This document shows positions 1 to 8,841 of a DNA stretch of 64,000 bases, one piece after another. The stretch's first letter is position 1. Each line of letters begins with the position of its first letter. The DNA comes from Acholeplasma sp. (lineage in GTDB: Bacteria > Bacillota_I > Bacilli_A > Acholeplasmatales > UBA5453), in NCBI GenBank assembly GCA_036677365.1, contig JAVBWN010000012.1:96001-160000 (forward strand). The letters are read 5' to 3'. Under the pieces are notes generated by a model. The model saw only the letters and a list, made by a program, of their open reading frames with translations. It searched no databases and had not been told where the DNA came from. Made by a program: the position numbers and the translations under genes.

Positions 1-135
1 ATCAAAGAACAGCAAAAGATAGAAAAAGAAAAACAAGCTTTAGAAATTTATGATTTTGATCATGTATTCAACCGATATTTGAATTTGTGGTGGCGGGATG
101 AAAAAAATACTCATTATAGCAGCGAAACTATATAA
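1..135 (+). CDS. 3' end of upstream CDS (partial), probably part of the sugar-transfer cluster
   Basis: Frame 1 is open from base 1 (IKEQQKIEKEKQALEIYDFDHVFNRYLNLWW...) to TAA at 133-135 and overlaps the next gene. Confidence 0.55.
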   Translation: MKEQQKIEKEKQALEIYDFDHVFNRYLNLWWRDEKNTHYSSETI

Positions 136-1219
136 CGATCCTACAGGTGGTGGTGGAACTGTACTTAAAACACTTATTGATACTTTAATCGACGACTATC
201 AATTGGACTTAATTTTATATAGAACACCTGTGAAAGATTATTATCAACATCCACAATTAAAAACATACTTTCATCCTATTAAATTTCGAAGTCTCAACAA
301 ATTCGAAAGACGCATTAAAAATATAGAATGGAATATGCAGTACTTGAATGATAATCATGATTTATATTCTTACGAAAAAATCATCATCGTTCACATCAGC
401 AAACTCTTTGGTTTTGAGATTTTATCCAAGGACATTTTAGCTAAAACGATCATTTTCCCCATGTATTTAACACCTTCATATAAACGTTCAAATGAAGTCG
501 TTAGCGATGCTTATTTTGATGCAGAAAAAAGAGTTTTAGGACTTGTGGGAAAGATTATAACACCAAGTTTAAGTGAAAAAGAAGATTTGTTACAATTCTA
601 TCAAGTTGATGAAAGTAAGATTAAAGTAATACCTAGGGGAATAGACAATGTTTTCTTAAATGAGCAGCGACTTGGGTTTCATTTCCCTATAAAATTAATC
701 ACAGTATCGTCAATCAAACCTCAAAAGAATGTACTCGAATCCATTAAGATTTTAAAGACATTGAGGTCGTTAGGACATAATGTAGTTTTATCGATCATAG
801 GCAAAGTTGAAGTTCAACATCTTTATGAAGAACTTATTTCATGTATTGATTCAACTGAAATGTCACCATATGTTGATGTTATTCAAGGCTTACCTTTAGA
901 TTTAGTAGCAGAAGAAATGCATAAAGCAGATCTATTGGTTTTACCCTCTCGATGGGAAACTTTTGGACGTGTTGTGTATGAAGGTTTAGCTTCAGGAATG
1001 CCAGCAGTTATCAAAGACAATATAGATTGTTTTAGTCACTTATATAAACAGCAGTTTATTGCTCCCTACGATACCGTCAATGAAGCGGTTAAAAAAATTG
1101 CTTATTGGATCGATCACTTGGATGAGTATAAGGAAGCATCAAAATTAGCTATCGATTTTTCTATACAGTTCTTGTCTGAATTAGAAAGAAAGCGTCTTTA
1201 TGAGGAAATAACATGTTAG
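98..1219 (+). CDS. Glycosyltransferase family 4 (GT-B)
   Basis: N-terminal GGG loop, KPQKNV and LVLPSRWETFGRVVYEGLASG (EX7E motif). Confidence 0.9.
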   Translation: MKKILIIAAKLYNDPTGGGGTVLKTLIDTLIDDYQLDLILYRTPVKDYYQHPQLKTYFHPIKFRSLNKFERRIKNIEWNMQYLNDNHDLYSYEKIIIVHISKLFGFEILSKDILAKTIIFPMYLTPSYKRSNEVVSDAYFDAEKRVLGLVGKIITPSLSEKEDLLQFYQVDESKIKVIPRGIDNVFLNEQRLGFHFPIKLITVSSIKPQKNVLESIKILKTLRSLGHNVVLSIIGKVEVQHLYEELISCIDSTEMSPYVDVIQGLPLDLVAEEMHKADLLVLPSRWETFGRVVYEGLASGMPAVIKDNIDCFSHLYKQQFIAPYDTVNEAVKKIAYWIDHLDEYKEASKLAIDFSIQFLSELERKRLYEEITC

Positions 1220-2271
1220 GACTTGTCGTCTTAGGTACTAGGCCTGAAGCAATCAAATTAATACCATTAATTCAAAAGTGCTTTAGTGAAGAAATTCCAC
1301 TAAAGATTCTTTCGACAGAACAACACTTTGATGCAGTTCAAACTTTATTTTCAGATAATCATATCAAAATCGATTATCGGTTAGTTCCAAAAAAATACCC
1401 AGACCTTGTATCTCAAACAACAGATTACTTATCGGCAATAAATTCACTCATTAACGATGAAAATTTCGACTTTATTATTAGCCAAGGTGATACAATTTCA
1501 GCTTATGTAGGTATGTTATATGCCTACTTGAGCAAAATAGATTATCTTTACATTGAATCGGGTTTAAGAACAAATGATTTTATGAATCCATTCCCCGAAG
1601 AAGGTCTAAGAACCATGATGAGTCACATTGCAAGAATGAATTTTGTACCTACAAAGCAAGAACAGACCAATCTCGAACTTGAAGGTATTGATAACAATAA
1701 AATAAAGATTGTCGGAAACACAGGTATAGATTATCTCATTAACCATATGAGTAATCAAAATGTTAACACAGTTCCGAAAAGTGTTTTGATTACAATCCAT
1801 AGAAGAGAGAACTGGCCACATTTACATGACTTTTTCTATAGGTTAGCTGAGTATGCAAAAAAACGCTCAGATGTTACATTCGTTTATCCTATACACTTTA
1901 ACCCTGAGATTCAAAGAAAAGCTTATCAATTATTATCTAATATACCTAATATTAGGATTGAAGAACCATTGGTTTCTGAGAAATTTTATACTGTATTATC
2001 ATCATCTGAAATGATTATTACGGACAGTGGAGGTGTACAGGAAGAGGCGACCTATTTAAATAAAAAAGTCGTCATCATACGTGATAAAATCGAAAGACTA
2101 TTTTTGAGTAAGTGTATCAAACAAGTCTCAATAACGGATAAACATTTATTTATTACGATTAATGATCTGCTAGAAATACCTCTAGTAGAAAAACCAAATA
2201 ATCTAGTGTATGGCGATGGATTTGCATCAGAAAGAATAGTTGAATGGATAAAAGAGGAGTATCGAAGATGA
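1213..2271 (+). CDS. wecB: UDP-N-acetylglucosamine 2-epimerase (non-hydrolysing)
   Basis: GTRPEAIKL, QGDT, ESGLRT, PFPEE, TIHRREN, TDSGGVQEEA and YGDG motifs. Confidence 0.92.
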   Translation: MLGLVVLGTRPEAIKLIPLIQKCFSEEIPLKILSTEQHFDAVQTLFSDNHIKIDYRLVPKKYPDLVSQTTDYLSAINSLINDENFDFIISQGDTISAYVGMLYAYLSKIDYLYIESGLRTNDFMNPFPEEGLRTMMSHIARMNFVPTKQEQTNLELEGIDNNKIKIVGNTGIDYLINHMSNQNVNTVPKSVLITIHRRENWPHLHDFFYRLAEYAKKRSDVTFVYPIHFNPEIQRKAYQLLSNIPNIRIEEPLVSEKFYTVLSSSEMIITDSGGVQEEATYLNKKVVIIRDKIERLFLSKCIKQVSITDKHLFITINDLLEIPLVEKPNNLVYGDGFASERIVEWIKEEYRR

Positions 2272-3434
2272 ATATAACAATCATAGGTTTGGGTTATATT
2301 GGGTTCCCAGTAGCGATAAAATTAGCGGAAGCTGGTTTTCACATTCATGGTTATGATATCGATAGTCAGAGAATACAGGATATAGAAACTGGTAATTTCA
2401 ACATACAAGAACCTGAACTATATGAAAGATATCATGCAGTAAAATCAAATTTATCCATATCGACTAAATTGGTTAAATCAAGTACATATATTGTTACAGT
2501 TCAGACACCAGTAGATCAAAATAATAAAGCCGATGTTAGTTATGTAAATAGAGCACTTCAAGACATTGGGAAGTTTTTGTCAAAAGGTGATTTGGTTATT
2601 TTAGAGTCCACTGTCCCACCATATTCAAATGAGGTTTTTCATGCGTATCTTTCTGAGATTTCTCAAATAAATATCAATGATTTCGATTATGCATACTGTC
2701 CTGAAACGATACAACCCGGCAATGTTTTTTATGAATTGTCAACCAATCCGAGAGTAATTGGAAGTATTAATGAGCGTGCCTTTAAGCGTACTGAGTTGAT
2801 ATATAGCAAACTCACCAAAGGTAAGATTACGCATACGAACTACATAACAGCTGAGCATGTCAAAATCATGCAAAATGCATATAGAGATTACGAGATTGCT
2901 TTTGCAAACGCATTATCGATTTATTGTGACCAACATCGAATGAATGTGTTTGAACTTATTGGTCTAATTAATCAACACCCAAGAGCGAAAGTGTTGAATC
3001 CTGGCGTTGGCGTTGGTGGTCATTGCTTACCCGTTGATACGTTATTCATTATTGAGAAATCGAGCTTCGAGCCAATCATATTTTCAAGAAACATGAACAA
3101 CCATAAAACAGACTATGTCGTTGAAAAAATAATGAGTCAAGCACCAAAAAAAGTTATCCTTTTTGGTGCTACTTATAAACCGAACTCTGATGATTTAAGA
3201 CATTCACCTAGCATTGAAATAGCAAATCAGTTGATAAGTATTAATATTGAGGTTCTCTTTTGTGAACCCAATATAAATCAAGAGTTTATCTATGGTATTA
3301 AGAACATAAAGTTTGATGAAGCAATTAAGATAAAATCTCTTAAAGTCATCACTCAAAAGCACGATGTTTTCATCAAGGGATATGACAATTTTGGAAAGAT
3401 TGATTTTATTGACTTTGTTGGACTAGATTCTTAA
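2268..3434 (+). CDS. wecC: UDP-N-acetyl-D-mannosamine dehydrogenase (nucleotide-sugar dehydrogenase)
   Basis: GLGYIG Rossmann motif, ESTVPP, YCPE, GVGGHCLPVD catalytic Cys, YKPNSDDLRHSP. Start moved to ATG 2268 (AGAGGAG RBS, ATGA overlap with wecB stop). Confidence 0.88.
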   Translation: MNITIIGLGYIGFPVAIKLAEAGFHIHGYDIDSQRIQDIETGNFNIQEPELYERYHAVKSNLSISTKLVKSSTYIVTVQTPVDQNNKADVSYVNRALQDIGKFLSKGDLVILESTVPPYSNEVFHAYLSEISQININDFDYAYCPETIQPGNVFYELSTNPRVIGSINERAFKRTELIYSKLTKGKITHTNYITAEHVKIMQNAYRDYEIAFANALSIYCDQHRMNVFELIGLINQHPRAKVLNPGVGVGGHCLPVDTLFIIEKSSFEPIIFSRNMNNHKTDYVVEKIMSQAPKKVILFGATYKPNSDDLRHSPSIEIANQLISINIEVLFCEPNINQEFIYGIKNIKFDEAIKIKSLKVITQKHDVFIKGYDNFGKIDFIDFVGLDS

Positions 3435-3602
3435 ATAGGTTGAAGATTAGCAGCCAAACATCTTTAAAAACTAGGATAATAGACACAAAGAACAATTTAA
3501 ATAGCAAGTCTATAAAAATTTAAATACAGCGATAAGATCAAATTTGGAATAAAAAATTTTTAATAAGTATAGGAGATATTATGTTATGAAAAATATATTA
3601 GC

Positions 3603-4076
3603 ATGTTCTTATTTATATTATTCTCAATGATATTGTTTGCATGCAACAGCTCGGAAACGAATAATGAAGTATTTGCAGTTGTTCATTACGATAATAGTAT
3701 GTGGAGTTCGACCAATGGTAAAATAATATTTGGTACATCTTCATTCTCTAGTTCTAAGCCTGTTTATTTTTATAACGAGAAAAAGAATGCGATTCAACTT
3801 CAGCCATCAAAAAATGGGAATATAATTAGCAATATTGATGCAGAATGGGAAAAGATTTTTTCAATTGAGTCGATAGGAATGCAACAAGTTTATTTTCTTA
3901 ATAATGTCACAAGTAAATATGAACTCATTAATGAAAATGAAATAGAGGTTTATAAAATTACAATACACACAGAAGCATCTTCAACGATTATTATTAATGA
4001 AATATTTGTTATAAGAGTCGAAGATATATCTGCATTTGAGTTTAATTATAAAGTTGAAGAATTAAAAGACAGATAA
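3603..4076 (+). CDS. Putative lipoprotein (start possibly frameshifted, see findings)
   Basis: Hydrophobic N-terminus ending in lipobox LFAC. Confidence 0.65.
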   Translation: MFLFILFSMILFACNSSETNNEVFAVVHYDNSMWSSTNGKIIFGTSSFSSSKPVYFYNEKKNAIQLQPSKNGNIISNIDAEWEKIFSIESIGMQQVYFLNNVTSKYELINENEIEVYKITIHTEASSTIIINEIFVIRVEDISAFEFNYKVEELKDR

Positions 4077-4228
4077 TTAAAATTAATCTTATTCTATCAA
4101 TATTCCAATAGCGAATAATACAATTGAGTAGCGTTCGTACTAACAGTTTATGAAAAGAGATCGAAAAAACATCGTAGTAAAATGTTACAAAATGTAATAC
4201 ATTTAACATAATAGGAAGAAGTGAGACA

Positions 4229-5317
4229 ATGGGTTATATAAACTACACATTAAAAGATAACGAAATTATTCAAAATAGATACGATTCCATGAAGCCTCTA
4301 AAAATAGGCATAAAGATAGTTGAACCAAAGTTGGATTGTGTATATTGTAAACTGGTATTCGACGATGCATTAAAACTTTATAATCATATTAAAAATGTGC
4401 ATAATGTGGTTAAACCTGTCACTATTGTTAATGGAAAAATACCCAGTCAATCTGGGGATTATTATATCGATCATGTCGATGAAGTTTTAGTTCTTATGTA
4501 TGGCAGTAAACAGATTGTGCTTATAGATAAACTAGTTCAAGAAACCTCAAGTGATACCTACAATCTAACAGAAATAATTAGAACTAGATTATCTCATAAT
4601 AGTGAAGTAATTTTATCGGTTGGAGATTTTTCGTTAAGAATCATTAAGTACAACATAGACTCGATTAAAAATCCAATCGTCCATGACACTATCAAACTGT
4701 GGAATCAAGCCACTTTTAACAATACACCGATTCGAATGATAAATACGGATGAACTTAATCATGCTGAAAAAAAATATATTGAAGCTTTTTATAACTATTT
4801 CATTGCATGTAATGCGAATGGTACAGATAAAGTGAATCGTTATATGGATGCGTATTCGAGACTTCAATCTTTCGAAACGATAAATACATTAGCGAAAACA
4901 ATTCTGAAAGTAATAGCGTTAAAGATGAATTGGATTGACCGTTTAGAACACTTGTCGTTTGAAGAGGATATCTTTAAGATACTTATTGATTTTTTTCACT
5001 TTAAGAATCCACAAATCAGGCTACAGGAATCAGGGCAAGAACAGTTATTTATCGAAAATGAATTAGAGATTCAAATTCGAACCATGCTTAACTTCATGCA
5101 AAGAAATAATGATGAAGTCAAAGCCTATGTCCATAACAAGGACTATTACTTAGATACTCAAGACATCAACGCTAAGGATCGAACATTATTCATACTATAT
5201 AGATATTTTCAATTGATTGAAAATTCTAAGAATGCATCTGGAATTATTGAAGCCTTTACAAGTGATACTCTACGTGAATTATGCAAAAATAACATGAATG
5301 AAATACAAGGAGGCTAA
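4229..5317 (+). CDS. Hypothetical protein with N-terminal C2H2 zinc-finger motif; gene 1 of Hsp70 operon
   Basis: CVYCKLVFDDALKLYNHIKNVH fits C-x2-C-x3-F-x5-L-x2-H-x4-H; overlaps the next gene. Confidence 0.75.
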   Translation: MGYINYTLKDNEIIQNRYDSMKPLKIGIKIVEPKLDCVYCKLVFDDALKLYNHIKNVHNVVKPVTIVNGKIPSQSGDYYIDHVDEVLVLMYGSKQIVLIDKLVQETSSDTYNLTEIIRTRLSHNSEVILSVGDFSLRIIKYNIDSIKNPIVHDTIKLWNQATFNNTPIRMINTDELNHAEKKYIEAFYNYFIACNANGTDKVNRYMDAYSRLQSFETINTLAKTILKVIALKMNWIDRLEHLSFEEDIFKILIDFFHFKNPQIRLQESGQEQLFIENELEIQIRTMLNFMQRNNDEVKAYVHNKDYYLDTQDINAKDRTLFILYRYFQLIENSKNASGIIEAFTSDTLRELCKNNMNEIQGG

Positions 5318-6428
5318 AGAAGTGAGTCAGAAAAAAAATAATAAAAAAGAAGTAGATGTATCCAATTTAATCGATGAAATTCAAGGGAAAGAATTAGCTC
5401 TAGCAATTTTAAATGATTCAAAAGCACCAACTAATATCGAAAAATTGATTGTGGACAACATCAAAAATAAGAGTCTTTCAATCCACGCTTTGAAAGCTGT
5501 TTTAGACGTGATTGATAATCGATTTAGATTGCATAAAATTAACATTCTATTAAAACTCTATACTGCTTTAAAAGATATTAAAACTAATGACATAACGGCA
5601 CATGACTTAATTCGAGCTTACATTTTAGATGCTGTAGTGACCATATTGGATGAGATTAAAAGTGAATACATTCATGAAGAGAATCAATCTTTTTTTACTA
5701 CTAACGGAGGGTTAAAATCTTTTTATGAGGATACCTTTAATAAAATGAGGTTTGCCAAAAATCTTGATTTTATTAGCCCTGCTAAGCAAAAAGATCAAAG
5801 TTTTAGATATAGTGCCATTATATGTTATATCTACAGCATGCTCTTTAATCACTTAGACACTATTACCAAGAAAAATGAACTTTATTGGCGAATTGACCGA
5901 ACTTTAGCTGAATTCTTTGCTGGTTTGACAGCCAATGATCAGTTTAAGTACATTGGAGATACTGTACTTAAAGCGTTAAATAGCAAAAATTTTAAGCAAG
6001 AACTTTCTAAACAAGTTCATTTATATGTAGCTGACCAAAATATCACTGAACTACTTATTAGTGATAAAGAAGAGTTGACAGAATCAGTTGTTAATCTTAA
6101 TAAGATGGTTACAACTTTAAAAATGAAAGTTATAGAATTAGAAACAACCAACCGCAGTTTGAATGCTGAAAATGCATTATGCAGGAAACAGAACGAATCA
6201 CTTAATGTAGAAATTAGTAAGGTGAACAATAGACTTGAATTTGAAATCAATAAGTTTGAGAAACAATACGAATCATTCAGGGAGAACGTATTATCTCAAA
6301 TTAAAAAAGATTTAGATTTAGAAATTTTAGGTGTTCGTGACATCATTGAACCTCTAAATGATGAAACGAAAGCTATGATTATTCGAAGACTTGGTCGAAT
6401 TGACAATATATTAAGTAAGAAAAACTAA
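5298..6428 (+). CDS. Hypothetical helical protein with C-terminal coiled coil; gene 2 of Hsp70 operon
   Basis: 376-aa ORF with heptad-rich C-terminal third. The true start may be the GTG a few codons downstream, behind AGGAGG. Confidence 0.75.
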   Translation: MKYKEAKEVSQKKNNKKEVDVSNLIDEIQGKELALAILNDSKAPTNIEKLIVDNIKNKSLSIHALKAVLDVIDNRFRLHKINILLKLYTALKDIKTNDITAHDLIRAYILDAVVTILDEIKSEYIHEENQSFFTTNGGLKSFYEDTFNKMRFAKNLDFISPAKQKDQSFRYSAIICYIYSMLFNHLDTITKKNELYWRIDRTLAEFFAGLTANDQFKYIGDTVLKALNSKNFKQELSKQVHLYVADQNITELLISDKEELTESVVNLNKMVTTLKMKVIELETTNRSLNAENALCRKQNESLNVEISKVNNRLEFEINKFEKQYESFRENVLSQIKKDLDLEILGVRDIIEPLNDETKAMIIRRLGRIDNILSKKN

Positions 6429-6439
6429 AGGAGCCCCTT

Positions 6440-7978
6440 ATGGCAAAGATAGGTATAGACTTTGGAACAACAAACTCGCTGCTTGTCGCATTTGATAAAG
6501 ACAAAAGAGAGTTTACTTATTTTAATTACATAGATAATACTCCCGTCCCAACATCCTCTACAGTATGGTATCACGATAATGATGTTGTTGTTGGTGATAT
6601 GGCTAGAGAAAAAATGTATCAATTATCAGGTGTAGATGGACATCACTTTGAACGATCGGTTAAGCTCAAGTTGGCCAATTCTGAATCGATTAATATCTTT
6701 GGTGAACGCGTTCAGCCACACAAGGTTGCAGGTCAAATTATTAATAAGCTTAAAGAAGATTCAATTCAAAAATATAAAGCAAATATTCTTGATATCGATT
6801 TAAATCGTGCTGTTTTTACCATACCAGTTAATTTTAGCGGCAAATCTCGAGAAGAGCTTAGACGTAGTGCCCATGAAGCTGGAATTGAAATTACAACTTT
6901 TATTCATGAACCGTTTGCCGCGATTGTTGCCTATTATTTTAATAAGTGTCATAAAAACCACACAAATGTTGTGCAAGAATTGGACCACTTAAACAGTCAG
7001 TACTTACTCACATTTGACTGGGGTGGAGGAACACTTGATATAACCGTTGTACAAATTGAAAATGGCAAAATATCAGAAAAAGGAACCTCAGAACTTACAA
7101 ACAGAGCAGGAGACAAATTTGATGAAGATTTAGCTCGTTATGTCTGGAGCAAATTTATCGATCAAAAAGGTAAAAAGTACAATCCTGAATACTTAGAAAA
7201 AATACGCATACAACGCTGGGGCCGATTGTTATCGATTGCTGAAAAATGTAAAATTCAGTTATCAACCGATATGCAGTCGGAGTTCATTTTGGAAAGAGTT
7301 ATGGAAAATGAAAATATTGATATCATCATTCATAGAGATGACTTCACCAAAATCATTGAAAGTACGGTGACAGATGCTCTAAACAAAATTGATGAAGCCT
7401 TAAAACAAGCTGGCATCAAAGACATAGATATTTCTAGTGTATTACTGATTGGTGGTACATGTAATATTCCAGCCATTCAAAAAGCCGTCACAAATAAATT
7501 TGGACACCGTGTTGTTACAGTAGAAAACCCTGAATTACTGATTGCACAAGGTGCAGCCATCATCTCTGAAATGGCATGGTTACCGGTCTTAACAAAAGAT
7601 ATCTTAGTTCAATTATCAGATGATTCTTATTACCCACTCTTTGAACGAAATCTGCCTATAGCCTCTAATATGAATGCAGTGAAGTCTGAAACATTTACGT
7701 GCGTTGACCATCGTGGAAAAAACGCAAAAGTAATCATTTGTGAAGGGTTAGATCAAGATGCACATAAAACTTTAGGTATTATTAATGTGCCATTATTGGG
7801 ACATGATTTGTTTGGCGACGATATTTTTGTAGAAGCTAAAATTAATCGAGATATTGTTTTGCATGTGAGTGGCTATAGCAAAATGTCGCAAGGACACAAA
7901 ACCCCAGAGCAACAGTATTCAGTTAGAAAATCTTGTGAAATCAACCAATTATGTTTTGGTTTAGACATTAAAAGGTGA
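6440..7978 (+). CDS. Atypical Hsp70-family ATPase (not housekeeping DnaK)
   Basis: IGIDFGTTNS, TIPVNF, HEPFAA, FDWGGGTLD, AEKCKIQLS, LIGGTCNIP. Short divergent C-terminus with no lid; no adjacent grpE/dnaJ. Confidence 0.9.
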   Translation: MAKIGIDFGTTNSLLVAFDKDKREFTYFNYIDNTPVPTSSTVWYHDNDVVVGDMAREKMYQLSGVDGHHFERSVKLKLANSESINIFGERVQPHKVAGQIINKLKEDSIQKYKANILDIDLNRAVFTIPVNFSGKSREELRRSAHEAGIEITTFIHEPFAAIVAYYFNKCHKNHTNVVQELDHLNSQYLLTFDWGGGTLDITVVQIENGKISEKGTSELTNRAGDKFDEDLARYVWSKFIDQKGKKYNPEYLEKIRIQRWGRLLSIAEKCKIQLSTDMQSEFILERVMENENIDIIIHRDDFTKIIESTVTDALNKIDEALKQAGIKDIDISSVLLIGGTCNIPAIQKAVTNKFGHRVVTVENPELLIAQGAAIISEMAWLPVLTKDILVQLSDDSYYPLFERNLPIASNMNAVKSETFTCVDHRGKNAKVIICEGLDQDAHKTLGIINVPLLGHDLFGDDIFVEAKINRDIVLHVSGYSKMSQGHKTPEQQYSVRKSCEINQLCFGLDIKR

Positions 7979-7983
7979 TTAGT

Positions 7984-8283
7984 ATGAAACAAAAATCCAA
8001 TATCAAAATCATATCGAACATTATGTTACAAGATAAATATAAAGTTTCACCATCCTCATTTGTTCCTTGGGAACTTTTAAGAAAAGAAGAAAGAGATGTT
8101 CGTTATCATCCAAACTTGACACCACACCAATTAAATCAATTAAAGAAGCACTTGTGGTATGCGAAGAGAATCGAAAATGATGACGGTACGGTGACAATAT
8201 TAAACGAAAATGCCGAAGTTATCAAAACAATAACCGAGGATGAATATTTGGTTCAATTGATTAATAAATCTGAACATATCTAA
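7984..8283 (+). CDS. Small hypothetical protein; gene 4 of Hsp70 operon
   Basis: ORF directly after the Hsp70 stop, with AAGGTG RBS; followed by a terminator. Confidence 0.65.
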   Translation: MKQKSNIKIISNIMLQDKYKVSPSSFVPWELLRKEERDVRYHPNLTPHQLNQLKKHLWYAKRIENDDGTVTILNENAEVIKTITEDEYLVQLINKSEHI

Positions 8284-8358
8284 TCAGTAGCAAAATGAGT
8301 CTAAATAGCAGCTTTCATGTGGTTTAGAGCTTGATTTCTGCTCCATATAAGAAGCATT

Positions 8359-8390
8359 AGTCTAATACAATTTGTATTAGGCTTTTTTCT
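8359..8390 (+). terminator. Rho-independent terminator of Hsp70 operon
   Basis: AGTCTAATACA-att-TGTATTAGGCT stem-loop plus T-run. Confidence 0.7.
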
Positions 8391-8646
8391 TATCAGAAAG
8401 GGGTAATTTTTCCTATCTGCCAATTTCCAGAACTCTAATTTGAATTGAAATCGGGGTTTTTAGAGGTCGAGTATTTTAGTGTTGCTTAACTATTTAACGA
8501 TTACCTAACAATCTACACGATTGTAAAAATATGAACATTAATTGATAAAAAATGATTACAACGTAGGATTGGATAAATTATAAACTATCTAATTTGATAA
8601 AATTGTGCTAAAATAGTGCATATGGTGTCCAAATCGAGGGAGTATT

Positions 8647-8838
8647 ATGAATTACGCATATTTAATAAAGAGATTACGAGAAAAACTTATATTATCACAA
8701 ACAGAGTTTGCTAAAATATTAGGTGTTTCTTTTACAACTGTATCAAGATGGGAAAAAGGAGTTCATGCCCCAACAATAAAGGTAAAAAGAAAAATAGTAG
8801 AGTTATGCAGAAATAATCAAATTGAGATGGAGGAATAG
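8647..8838 (+). CDS. XRE-family HTH regulator (controller-like) leading the type I R-M operon
   Basis: LSQTEFAKILGVSFTTVSRWEKG; 3 bp before hsdM. Confidence 0.88.
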   Translation: MNYAYLIKRLREKLILSQTEFAKILGVSFTTVSRWEKGVHAPTIKVKRKIVELCRNNQIEMEE

Positions 8839-8841
8839 ACT

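Noticed and set aside
4185..4197. TTACA-aaa-TGTAA dyad upstream of the Hsp70 operon
   Set aside because: Five-bp arms in AT-rich DNA are expected by chance; no second copy noticed.
6440..7978. Calling the Hsp70 gene dnaK
   Set aside because: Too short, divergent motifs, no canonical substrate-binding/lid region and no hrcA-grpE-dnaJ context.
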